The translations under genes and the position numbers were made by a program. A stretch of 64,000 bases of DNA. Source: Octopus sinensis. Lineage: Eukaryota. Location of the stretch: positions 114,390,001 to 114,454,000 of the forward strand of contig NC_043002.1 of the NCBI RefSeq assembly GCF_006345805.1, in the 5' to 3' direction. The notes under the pieces were generated by a model, which was not told where the DNA came from, did no database searches, and saw only the letters and a program-made list of their open reading frames with translations. Positions within the stretch are counted from its first letter, which is position 1, and each line of letters begins with the position of its first letter. Below are positions 1 to 11,413 of the stretch, in pieces.

Positions 1-618
1 GTCAGAGATAATATAAATGAAATAGATCATACTACTACTACCAATACTAGTACTAGTGATAGGAATATAGCCGATAATGTGAAATTAACTCATTCGTTGA
101 TTTTGGGTTTGGATGATGATAACAATTGTAACACTTATAATGTGAATAGTAGTATAGGGGTGTTGTCCAATTTTAGATTTCCTCATTCTGTTAATCTTTG
201 TAATTGCAGAAATAAAAATAAATGTGTATTTGGTAATCAATGCCTCAGAAAGGAGGTAGTTTACCAATGCACTGTAGATACACAATTGAGTAGTAGGGTG
301 TATATCGGGGCAACTATGAATAGCATAAAACAAAGATGGAATTATCACAGATATACTTTTAGGAATAAAAATAGAATGTACTCTACAGGGCTAAGTGCAT
401 ACATTTGGGAGCTTAAAAATAAGAACTTAGATTTTAGATTAAACTGGAAAATACTAACTTCAGCACCTGTGTATAATGGAAAAAATAAAAAATGCTCTCT
501 ATGTATTAATGAAATTTTCTTCATTATTAAAGCGGGTCGGCAAATTATTAACAACATTAATGAAAAAAACTTCTTTTGTATTCATAGGCTACCGTTCACC
601 TTTTCTAGATTCAAATAG
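1..618 (+). CDS. Penelope-like retroelement ORF, C-terminal GIY-YIG endonuclease (runs off the left edge)
   Basis: The frame is open from base 1 to TAG at 616-618. Motifs: CNCRNKNKC..CL..VVYQCTV..VYIGAT..KQRW..H..F..TGLSAYIWELK..W.IL..CSLCINE, a PLE-type GIY-YIG with flanking Cys motifs. Confidence 0.85.
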   Translation, partial: VRDNINEIDHTTTTNTSTSDRNIADNVKLTHSLILGLDDDNNCNTYNVNSSIGVLSNFRFPHSVNLCNCRNKNKCVFGNQCLRKEVVYQCTVDTQLSSRVYIGATMNSIKQRWNYHRYTFRNKNRMYSTGLSAYIWELKNKNLDFRLNWKILTSAPVYNGKNKKCSLCINEIFFIIKAGRQIINNINEKNFFCIHRLPFTFSRFK

Positions 619-2343
619 AACTTAGCACTTCCACTATTATTAATTTTTTTTAACTCCCTTCTTTAACTAAATATACCTGTGGTCTTCTATAATTTCTAAA
701 GTATACAATTTATATATTTTATAATTTTATAATTTTTATAGCTACATTTGTATAATAATTAATGGATGTGTCTAGTATTATTGGTTTCTTGTTTTTTGTA
801 TGTGGGTTTTTGTTTGTTTTTTAAGAGAATTGCAACATGACATAAAATAACATATTCATTTTGGTACTTGCCTTGTAATGTGTGATTTTTGAAGTTTTCC
901 AATATTGCATAGTATATTGCATAGTATATATATATATCTTGGGTAGATACCTAGCTCTGGATAATGTAATGATATTGTATAATATGTAATATATGAGAGC
1001 CTTTTGTGAGTTTGGTGGGTTTAGGTTGAGATTATAGGTTTTTTGTATGTGTTTATTTGGAAGGTTTTTATTGTATATTTGGTCTTTTTGTACTCACCTT
1101 AATTTGTATCTTATGCTATTCACTGATAAACCTTTTTCATTTTTTTCATTTTCTCATTTACATGCATTATGCTTTATAATTATTACCAGCCTCATATATT
1201 TAGTTTATATCTATAGTCTTCTGGATCTGTACTTTAAACTATCCTTCCATACATATTTACTTTCAACAATATAACATATATATTCACTCTATTTATTATT
1301 TTTATTTATTTCCCATTTTATTGTAATATTATCAATTTTTGCATCTAGTCTTCTATTTATTTATTATTTGCCTATTTAAGTGTAGATGTTTACATACATA
1401 TCAAGTCATCTAATTTGCTACCTATTTATTTTTTACTTATTTACTTATACTGGGGTAGTTTTATACATACATATCTATCATTTATTTTTATTTAATTTTA
1501 ATAATATATGAATACATATATACTGGTTTGTACTTATAATTATGTGTATAACCGTATTTATTCCTTCGTATTTATTCCTTCTTATTTATTTTATCTCTTT
1601 TCATCTTAAGTCTTTATAATATAAAATTTTTTTAAAATTTCTGTGATGTTCTAATAAGCGTTTACATTAATACTTCCCCTTCTATTCTTTAATGCCTAAA
1701 CTGGTATATTATGGCACTATATTTATTAAGTTAATAAGTGACTTATTTATAATATTTAAATTAATATATATTTTATATTTTATATTTTATAATTTAGCGT
1801 ACTTAAAACCATAACAAACTTACGATAAATCTAACAACCGTATGTTTACTCTGCAACAAACCGGTGTTATAAATTTTAAGTTACCCATGAAATAAGTATC
1901 TGACTTAGTAACATACTGATATTTAAAAATATATTTATATCTAAATTAAATATTTTATGGAATGCATGGATGGTTCTTCTTTTATTATTGAGGCACAATT
2001 ATAATTTTAAAGAACTAAATTGTAGCATAGTTGCTTCCCTTTTTGTTTATCTATGTGCTAGTTGTTGCTTGTAATTATGTATGTGTATAAATGTATGCAT
2101 ATACATATTACTATGTGTGTATGTGCGATTGATCTGTAGATGCGTGTGTGAATATTGGCGTTCCCTGACTAACCAACCGTATAATTTTCTTTTGTGATTT
2201 AAATTTCAAACCAATAGCCAATCGAATTAATCTATATTTTCTTTACCTAGTGGTCAGCATTTCTTAACTCATAGTTATTTCGATCTTGTAAGGATGGACT
2301 TGGTGCTAACTTAACTGTATCTATTTTTTATTATATTTTTTTA

Positions 2344-2346
<3 letters not shown>

Positions 2347-2401
<55 letters not shown>
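2347..2401. repeat. (ATT)n microsatellite
   Basis: Read directly. Confidence 0.95.
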
Positions 2402-2403
<2 letters not shown>

Positions 2404-2749
2404 AGTAATATTTTTATTAACTTTTATAGCTTTAGAATCTTATGAACTGTACCACGGATTTAATTATTATTTTTCATCTCCATATATGTTAGCCTTTTTT
2501 TTATATATATATAAAAAAAACTATTAGCCAAATATGTATAATATCGGTACTTATTGATATTAATATATACACTATTATATATTTTGTTTTATTTTGTTCT
2601 GTTTACCTTCCTTTTTTGTACAAATGTGTATTATATTATATAAGTGTAGCTTTATGATGTATAAGTTTTTATATTTTACATTTTTATATTTTTATATTTA
2701 TATGTATATGATTGTATAATATTTTTCACTATTATAACAAATTTAATTT

Positions 2750-2866
2750 AATTCTCTGAAGAGGCCGTGGGGCATCCTTGTTAATGCCTCATTTATACCT
2801 GCCTTTATGGCTTATAGGTTAAATGAGGTATGACTGTCCTCACTGCCGAAACAGCTGTCAGTTTTG
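2750..2866 (+). ncRNA. Type I hammerhead ribozyme (family F1) with long stem II insertion
   Basis: CTGAAGA at 2756-2762. Stem II GGC-c-GTGGGG/TCCTCAC-t-GCC encloses a nested hairpin (tgcctcatttatacct/aggttaaatgaggta). GAAAC-AGCT-GTC follows (palindromic loop III), with predicted cleavage after C2859. Stem I aattct/agtttt has 2 mismatches. Confidence 0.8.
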
Positions 2867-3232
2867 ATTTATTTGCATATTATATTTGAAAATTTTTTAC
2901 TTATATCTCTTTATCTTTTTACTATTACTGTATATCTCATTTCATTTTATGTATTGCCTTTACTCATATGTAATGGTGTATTAAAGTATGGATTGAGTAT
3001 CATCGGATAGTTGATGTTTTACTGATTTAAGTATATTTCTCCATTCTCTAATTTTGTAGTATTAATTTACGGTAATATTATTACCTTTATCCATATAATG
3101 CAATAGATGAACTGATTGTTTGACAATTTTTAACATCTATGTATTAATTTTGTTGGGTACCTATCTAGCAGTATATTGGATATATATTATCCCATGGTGG
3201 GTTGAATTTTCAACCCCTATCTCATTTTATAA

Positions 3233-3288
<56 letters not shown>

Positions 3289-3295
3289 GTGTGTG

Positions 3296-3490
3296 TGTGT
3301 TGTGTGTCTGTGTTTGTCCCCCTAGCATTGCTTGACAACCGATGCTGGTGTGTTTACGTCCCCGTCACTTAGCAGTTCGGCAAAGGAGACCGATAGAATA
3401 AGTACTGGGCTTACAAAGAATAAGTCCCGACTAAAGGCGGTGCTCCAGCATGGCCGCAGTCAAATGACTGAAACAAGTAAAAGAGTAAAA
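3296..3490 (+). mobile_element. SINE family A, 3' half
   Basis: gtgtctgtgtttgtccccctagc...ggcggtgctccagcatggccgcagtcaaatgactgaaacaagtaaaagag, matching the full copy at 42605-43020. Confidence 0.9.
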
Positions 3491-3735
3491 GAGAGAGAGA
3501 GAGTATGCCATATTTCTATATATTACCCATGGTGGTAAAAATATACATTCAAAATTACCCGTTATATGGTGGGTGTATATGGTCAGAAAATCCTTATGCA
3601 ATCTGCAAGAGAAACACACTTTCTTATGTACTCCCAGATACACATGTAATTAACAGAAAACGATGAACAAGCGAAGAAGAGATATAGAAAGCCGTTGAAT
3701 AGGGAGAAAAAAGATAAAGTTTTGACAGCTGTTGA

Positions 3736-3738
3736 ATG

Positions 3739-3823
<85 letters not shown>

Positions 3824-3940
3824 CGACGATGATAATGATGATGATGATGATGATGACGATGATGATGATGACGATGATGATGATGATAATGATGATGATG
3901 ATGATGATGATGATGACGATGATGTTGATGATGATGACAT
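3736..3940. repeat. Compound (AAT)n-(GAT)n trinucleotide microsatellite
   Basis: Read directly. It explains the poly-N/D/S/M ORFs in the track. Confidence 0.95.
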
Positions 3941-4298
3941 CATAATCACTTCAGCTCTAGTCCCGTTATCTTTTATGTAACATTCACTTCTTTTTAAGCA
4001 TTCACTTCAGAATATTCTACAGTTTTCAGGTACACTGTAAAAAGTAGGATATTTTCGTTTGAATGACTTTATCACTCAACAGGTAGTGTATGTGCCACAG
4101 TCGCTGGAAGTGAGCCTGTGGAGATAAGAATGTGGAAATGGAGTAAAATCAATGAAAAGGTACAGAACAACAAATTGCTGAAATCAGTTATATCTATAAC
4201 TGATCGAATATATTGGGCTGAAACGGATCAATCGAGAAATCAAGCAGAATAGAAGACGTCATAGACGTGCTCGCAGGCGCACAAAAACATACACGTTG

Positions 4299-4333
<35 letters not shown>

Positions 4334-4466
4334 GCACACACACACACACACACACTCTCACACATACACACACACACATATGCATAATAGGTCAGGATTC
4401 AAGTGAATCAGGCACTTAAATAGTAATGTTCGGGTGGGGATCGAAAAGTAAAATGCGTACGCAACT

Positions 4467-4565
4467 GACATGGCTGTGTGGTAAGAAACGTACTTCCTAA
4501 TCACATGATTCTAGGTTCAGTTCCACTGCGTGGCACCTTGGACACGTGCCTTCTATAGTAACCTC

Positions 4566-4630
<65 letters not shown>

Positions 4631-4876
4631 GTATGTATATATATATGTATATTTGTGTGTCTGTGTCTGTGTTTGTCCCACCGCCATCGCTTGACCACCG
4701 ATACTGGTGTGCTTATGTCCCCCGTAACTTAGCGGTTCGGCAAAGTTACCGATAGAATAATTACTAGGCTTACAGAAGAATATATTTTGGGATCGATTTC
4801 TTCGGCTAACACCCTTTAAGGCGGTGTTCCAGCATGGCCACAGTCACATGACTGAAACAAGTAAAAGAATAAACGA
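4467..4876 (+). mobile_element. SINE family A (tRNA-derived head, CORE-like ccttgggcaag segment, internal (TA)n/(TG)n)
   Basis: Head tggctgtgtggtaag...ggttcagttccactgcgtggcaccttgg, with the shared 3' tail. Confidence 0.85.
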
Positions 4877-5217
4877 ATAGAAAAATTAGAAGAATTATGC
4901 AGATACGGAAGTCCTGGCAGAAAGATATTCAGCTTATGTATACGATTAACTGTCCCCGACTGAGTATATGAATAGCCCTGAGGCTAATCAACAAATGCAC
5001 TTTGAACTAAATGTATGGTCCTTAATATATTTCGGATATACGCAAGGCGCAAGCTCCAAGAATTGTAAACGAATAAATAACAACGGATGGATAATGTGTC
5101 AATTCACTACAGCTGTTTCCAACGAATTTTTAATTGCTTAATGGAGACATTACATCATTAAAAAAAACCGTTTTCATTAGGTGAATACATGAATTATAAC
5201 AATCAATATATGTACGA

Positions 5218-5218
<1 letters not shown>

Positions 5219-5306
<88 letters not shown>
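5219..5306. repeat. (TATC)n microsatellite
   Basis: Read directly. Confidence 0.95.
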
Positions 5307-5320
5307 ATGTATATCGATAT

Positions 5321-5455
5321 AGGCGGAGGCAGGGCTGTGTGGTATGAAGTTTACTTCCCAGCCTCATGGTGGAGTCTTGGGCCTTCTTTTATAGCCTCGG
5401 GCCGACCAAGGCCCTGTGAGTGGGCTTGGTAGACAGAAGCTAAAAGAAGCCTGGC

Positions 5456-5495
<40 letters not shown>

Positions 5496-5635
5496 CTTTG
5501 TGTCTGTAATGTAGCGGTTCGTCAAAAGTCTCCGACAGAATAAGAGCCTTCGTTCAACCAAGGTTCTTCAAGACGATGCCCCAGTATGACCGCAGGCTAA
5601 TGACTGAAACATGTAAAGGATAACAGATAACAAAT
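5321..5635 (+). mobile_element. SINE family A, diverged and internally deleted
   Basis: Head, gcctcgggccgacc segment, internal microsatellite and tail are recognisable. Confidence 0.75.
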
Positions 5636-6263
5636 ATGAAGTGAGAGAGAGAGAGAGAGAAAAAAAGAGGGACAGAGATAGAAAGAGAGAGAGACAGAGT
5701 AAGAGAGAGAAGGTCACATGTGCGTTTACTTAGTATCACTTTGAAATTTCTCTCCAAATATACATATAGCATCAAGCACGTGTGTTTATACACACATATA
5801 TTCAGACACACACACACACACGTACACATACACTCATAGAACAAAACAACAAAAAGCTTACTCAAAGAAAGAGAGAGGAAAGAGAGAGAGAGAGAAGTAA
5901 GCGGTTTGAAAGGAAATGAGAGATAGACACGAAATATATGCACTGAGAAAGGAGAGTTTGGAAGAGAGGGAGATGGAGAGGGAGATAGAGAAGGATATAG
6001 AGAGGGAGATTTTGGAGAGTGTGTGGGTAAGATTAATATAGACAGGGTAAGGTTAAGAAAAACGACGAGGATAAGATAGAAAACGAGATAGGAAGTTTGA
6101 CAGACGTGAAAATTGAATAAAAGAAGTAAGGAGGAACTGTTAAGATTATGGCGAATATTAGATGGAACTAAAACTAAAAAAATATTGCAAAAAAAAAAAA
6201 TTGGAGACTAAGATTATAGGACGCACACTCACACATCCATGTATGCTCATACACACACACATA

Positions 6264-6308
<45 letters not shown>

Positions 6309-6311
<3 letters not shown>

Positions 6312-6366
6312 TGATTGATTGATTCTAGTTTCAGCTTATGAGCTGTGGCCATGCTGGGGCACTGCC
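6309..6366 (-). mobile_element. 5'-truncated 3' tail of CR1-group LINE ending in (AATC)n
   Basis: Reverse complement ggcagtgccccagcatggccacagctcataagctgaaactagaatcaatc resembles the LINE end at 11324-11360. Confidence 0.65.
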
Positions 6367-6373
6367 ATTTATA

Positions 6374-6426
<53 letters not shown>

Positions 6427-6430
<4 letters not shown>

Positions 6431-6800
6431 ATATTTCGGAATGGTCATATTGCCAGTTTAGCCAATAAAAACACACGCACTATATATTTGGTGTTATTTT
6501 GCTTCAGTGATATTTATTTTTTACATTAATCTTAATCTTATTTCGGCCAGAGTTCTTTCGTCACACTCCTGTGACCGCATCAGTGGTCCTTTGTTTTCTT
6601 CTTTCGTATTTGTGTCTCTCCTTACTAACCGTCAGCCATTTTGTATTTCTATTGTATGTCTTCATTTGCGCATGCTTATATCTCTATGTGCGTCTATGTT
6701 TATTTAGTGTGTGTGTGGGGGGGAAGCCTGTAATATTTGTATCTTCTGTTTATATACATTCATGTAATTTGTATTTTGTTTTTGTTGTTGTTGCTTTTGT
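6427..6800 (-). mobile_element. Non-coding PLE-type repeat family F5, copy a, with mutated hammerhead at 6545-6589
   Basis: Homologous to 38091-38470. Minus strand reads ggacca-CTGATGC-g-GTCACA/TGTGAC-GAAA-gaactc-tggcc, so core A9 is C. Ends in (TA)n. Confidence 0.8.
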
Positions 6801-6904
6801 TCTGATTTTGTTCATGTGTTTACATCCACCCATTATTATCATTACATATGCTTGTATGTATGTATAACAACAATATTAGTAATAATAATAATAAATCTAA
6901 TCGA

Positions 6905-7150
<246 letters not shown>

Positions 7151-7216
7151 GTTATTCATTTCTATTTGTTTATTTATCTGTGTATTTATTTATTATGTTT
7201 TCGGGATCCTCTATCG

Positions 7217-7595
7217 TCATATGTTGTGGTGTGTGCTATTGCTCCATTCTAGTTTTCTATTCAGGCTAGGTTTATTTTCTATTATATGTGTAGCTTCTGT
7301 AATTTGTCTAATTGTTGCATCTGTTCTATGTGTGGACAATATCTTAATCTCTATGTTATTGATTGATCCCCCGTGTTCCTGTTCGGCGTGTTGGTACAGA
7401 ATCGATGAGCTTTTACCTTCCTTGAGTTGTCTCCAATGTTCATTCACCCGCTCTCCTATGCTTCTTGCCGTTTCCCCTACGTATGTTATTGTCTTGTTGC
7501 TGCATCGTCTCTCTATACATCTTATACTACAGACTACATTTCTGGCTTTACGGTTTGTTTGTGGGCTAAATCTACATACAGTGCAATAGTTATCC
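7217..7595 (-). mobile_element. 5'-truncated PLE GIY-YIG endonuclease fragment (Naiad/Neptune-like)
   Basis: YCTVC..NVVCSIRC..TYVGETARSIGERVNEH..SSILYQHAEQEH..IKIL..RQITEATHI..PSLNRKLEW. Flanked by (TA)n on both sides. Clade assignment is uncertain. Confidence 0.85.
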
Positions 7596-7649
7596 GTACA
7601 TATATATATATATATATGTATATGTGAGAATATATGTGTGTGTGTGAGT

Positions 7650-7687
<38 letters not shown>

Positions 7688-7747
7688 ACGAGTAGACAAA
7701 CTTTTATCTGCCGCAATAATGTATATATACACACGTAATTTTATGTA

Positions 7748-7787
<40 letters not shown>

Positions 7788-7789
7788 TC

Positions 7790-8007
7790 TTTACTACCCA
7801 CAAGGGGCTAAACACAGAGAGGACAAACATGGGCAGACAAACGGATTAAGTCGATTATATCGACCCCAGTGCGTAACTGGTACTTAATTTATCGACCCCA
7901 AAAGGATGAAAGGCAAAGTCGACCTCGGCGGAATTTGAACTCAGAACGTAGCGGCAGACGAAATACTGCTAAGCATTTCGTCCGGCGTGCTAACGTTTCT
8001 GCCAGCT
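7790..8007 (-). mobile_element. SINE family B (tRNA-derived) in the left arm
   Basis: ggcggcgagctggcagaa (A-box-like)...gagttcaaattcc (B box)...gccccttgtgggtagtaaagaaa. Confidence 0.9.
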
Positions 8008-8068
8008 CGCCGCCTTATACACATATATATGTGTGTGTGTGTGACCGCGTGTGTACCGTTGGCGATTA

Positions 8069-8099
<31 letters not shown>

Positions 8100-8198
8100 T
8101 AATCCCATCATGAAAACACCAAGAGAAAACACAACAACGCGGGGACATGGAACAAATATAGTATTATTGGACGCTCAGGAAGGAAGGGAAGAAGGAGG

Positions 8199-8233
8199 GT
8201 TTAACGTTTCGAGCGGAGCTCTTCGTCAGAAAC
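8199..8233 (-). ncRNA. Minimal type I hammerhead ribozyme (family F2)
   Basis: Minus strand: gttt-CTGACGA-a-GAGC tcc GCTC-GAAAC-GTT-aaac. AACGTT palindrome at stem III, 4-bp stem I. Confidence 0.8.
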
Positions 8234-8314
8234 ATAGGAGAAGGGAAGATGGAGGAAAAAAAAATCGCCAACGGTACACACGCGGTCACACACACACATA
8301 TATATGTGTATAAG

Positions 8315-8539
8315 GCGGCGAGCTGGCAGAAACGTTAGCACGCCGGACGAAATGCTTAGCGGTATTTCGTCTGCCGCTACGTTCTGAGTTCAAATTCCGC
8401 CGAGGTCGACTTTGCCTTCCATCCTTTCGGGGTCGATAAATTAAGTACCAGTTACGCACTGGGGTCGATATAATCGACTTAATCCGTTTGTCTGCCCATG
8501 TTTGTCCTCTCTGTGGTTAGCCCCTTGTGGGTAGTAAAG

Positions 8540-8542
<3 letters not shown>
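8315..8542 (+). mobile_element. SINE family B in the right arm
   Basis: Reverse complement of 7790-8007. Confidence 0.9.
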
Positions 8543-8578
<36 letters not shown>

Positions 8579-8638
8579 TACATAAAATTACGTGTGTATA
8601 TATACATTATTGCGGCAGATAAAAGTTTGTCTACTCGT

Positions 8639-8730
<92 letters not shown>

Positions 8731-8843
8731 ACACACATATATTCTCACATATACATATTTAATAAAGACGTTGATAATCAGGAATTCTGAAAAAGAATAT
8801 ATAAACACACATATGTATGCATATCTGTTTGCATGAGTGTATG

Positions 8844-8879
<36 letters not shown>

Positions 8880-8902
8880 GCGTACATATATATATATATA
8901 TA

Positions 8903-8965
<63 letters not shown>

Positions 8966-9056
8966 GCACACATATATGCATGTATGTGTGTTGGTAGGTA
9001 ATGTTTGTTGAAGTTGGTTGAAGAAGTGCAGCATGCATCTGAAGAGAAAGGGAGAT

Positions 9057-9094
<38 letters not shown>

Positions 9095-10029
9095 GCAATG
9101 TTTCTATCTCTGTTCCTCTTTCTTTCTCTCTCTCTCTCTCACTTCATATTTGCTATGGGAGGGGGAAAGAGGCGGAGGAAAAGAAAGAGGGAATGATAGA
9201 AATTTGGTAAGATTGGTAAAAAAATAAATAAATGGAATTAAGAATAAGAAGCTAAAATGTTTAGTCAGCCACCTAAGTAGGATATTGTGTTTTGTTTGGA
9301 TAATCTGGATGACTTCTATAAACAATGTAGAAGACAGCAAAATGTTTCGGGAAACAACAAAACAGCAAATCTTGCAGAAATAATGTTTCTGAAAAGTGTT
9401 GTTGAAGCTGTTGTTGTTACTTCGGCTGTTGTTTAGCTCGCTCCAGGTCGATACTGACCGGGCAGAATTACAATGAAAGGGTTTCTTATTTATGATAATC
9501 TCGTTTTATTGTATACCTACAGTATGAGTGCATTTGTCCAGAGTGCGCATTCTTTTGTAGTTTTAGGAAATTTGGCAGCTATTTCTAGTCGTTGAAGCAA
9601 CTACGTTGTGGATCTGTCTTTAAAAATGGTAAATACCAGACCTGACTGTATCATGTCTAGTATTGTTTCCATTCTCTAGAAACTTATTTGTATATCAATA
9701 ATTCTTTTTTGTCTCAATAAATATGTCGTTTTATAAATACTTTTTTTTTGTCATTATCTATAAAAGATAACAAAAGCTAATATTCTGAATGATAAGTCTG
9801 TGAGTGGATTAAAAATAGAAGACTAAAGAATTCCAATGCTAACACGGGAGATAAATCTTGCAATAGCAGATAGCTGCATTTAAAACATCAGTTTCTTTAT
9901 AAATATGAAATAAAGTATACATAGACGCGTGGTTTGACAGTGTTCAAACTTAGATACTCAAAAGCACAAGAATATAAGTTAACGTAGCTACTATTTATAT
10001 ATATTAACGTATAGTAAACAAATGTTTGT

Positions 10030-10180
10030 ACTGGGGAACATTGTTGGCGTGTTAGGTGTCGAAGCAACGCAGAGCAATTTGAAATAAAGTGTTTTGGTCA
10101 TGACCACAACGTACTGCTCGGCTTGGGAATCGGAATCGAAATCACGAACTCGCGATCATGAGAACAGCATCCTAACCGTG
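10030..10180 (-). mobile_element. SINE family C, degenerate
   Basis: Minus strand ggttaggatgctgttctcatgatcgcgagttcgtgatttcgattcc...aaaacactttatttca resembles 24335-24660. Confidence 0.6.
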
Positions 10181-10324
10181 AGATCATGCAGCTTGACACA
10201 AGCTTGCTTTTTAACAACGTAGTTCTGGGTTCAGTCTTACTGTATGGCATCTTGAGCAAGAATGTTCTATTATAGCCTCGGGCCAACTAAAGTTCTGTGA
10301 GCCACCTCAAAGAAAACACAAATA

Positions 10325-11362
10325 GTGAATGGTCTTGGGATCACTGCTTTTCATAGTAGCCCTCTTAGATATGCTCTCAGCTGCCCGGATGGCTACTCTT
10401 GCTAGCTACGCAGATGATACGAAAGTCTTGCAGAAAATACAAAATACCCTAGCGATGTTGCACACCTGTAGCAGGAGTTGGACTCAATTTACAGATGGGT
10501 TGATTACGATAATATTCAATTTAATGCTAGAAATTTCAAAGCCTTGCGCTTCCAGCTCCCAAAACCGAACTAAAAACTTACAGGATACACTGACCCAGGA
10601 GGATTTCAATCCCAGAGCCTAAATCAGTGCGGGACCTGGGTATCAACATGAGTAATGATATCTCTTTCCAAGTGCACATTACCAAGATGGCGACAAAGTG
10701 CAGACGGCTGGCTAGTTGGATCCTGTGAACCTTCAGAACCAAAGAGAAGGAAAGTATGATGGTCCTCAGCCGTCTTGATTACTGCTCCCAACTATGGTCA
10801 CCCCACAGTGTAAAATTAACAGCGGACCTCGAAGCTATCAGGCAAAGCTTCACAAAGAAGATAGTCTCATTGTGACAGCTCAGCTACTGGGAAAGACTGA
10901 AACAGCTAAGACTCTACTCTCTGGAACGAAGGCGGGAGTGATATGCAGTAATATACATCTGGAAGATCCTGGAAGGGATTGTGTCAAATTTTGGCATTGA
11001 AAGCCCCACAAATGCGAGAAAGGGTCGCTACTGCAAAGTGCCAAAGATCCCAACAATGTCGTCGCGCTTCAGGACCAGTTACTGCAACAGCCTGGGTTTC
11101 AAGGGCCCACAGCTTTTTAATATTCTCCCAAAGAACCTGAGGGACCTAGACAAAGTGAATGTAGGTGTTTTCAAAACAAAACTGGATCACTTCCTGTCGA
11201 GGGTCCCAGATGAACCCACCTCACGGCGGGAGGCGCAAATGAGGGCAACACCATCTAACTCTCTTATTCAACAAATGCCACATATCAGAGAAGGCTCTCA
11301 ATAATAACAGTGTAACAAAACGTCGGTGCCCCAGCATGGCCACAACTTTGAGATGAAACTGA
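10325..11362 (+). mobile_element. CR1/L2-group LINE, 5'-truncated, degenerate reverse transcriptase C-terminus and 3' UTR
   Basis: GSLLFIVAL..YADDTK..; RLDYCSQLW; NSLGFKGPQLFNILPKNLR..FKTKLDHFL.RVPDEP. Contains frameshifts. Confidence 0.85.
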
Positions 11363-11413
11363 TTTATATTTATATATATATAGTTAAGTGTTGTCCTTTA
11401 TAATACAAATCAG

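Larger units (their letters stand above)
1..3235 (+). mobile_element. 3' part of a Penelope-like element: EN ORF, ~2.1 kb T-rich 3' region, hammerhead, tail ending in (TA)n
   Basis: The ORF, HHR and (TA)n are colinear on the same strand. Linkage across the long low-complexity region is inferred. Confidence 0.6.
7614..8758. repeat. Long near-perfect inverted repeat: arms 7614-8067 and 8263-8758, spacer carries a hammerhead
   Basis: The arms share unique sequence (taaatacgagtagacaaacttttatctgccgc; accgcgtgtgtaccgttggcgatt), a SINE B with shared private variants (ccggacga, gcccatgttt) and microsatellites. Confidence 0.95.

Noticed and set aside
3650-3980. Poly-S, poly-N/D and poly-I/M ORFs
   Set aside because: Translations of the (AAT)n(GAT)n microsatellite.
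4030-4290. Possible Tc1/mariner remnant or exon
   Set aside because: No motif I could read convincingly in any frame.
7180-7222. ATGACGA-tagaggatccc-GAAA just after the GIY-YIG stop (minus strand)
   Set aside because: The position suits a PLE hammerhead, but C3 is wrong, stem II does not close next to GAAA, and there is no stem III or NUH.
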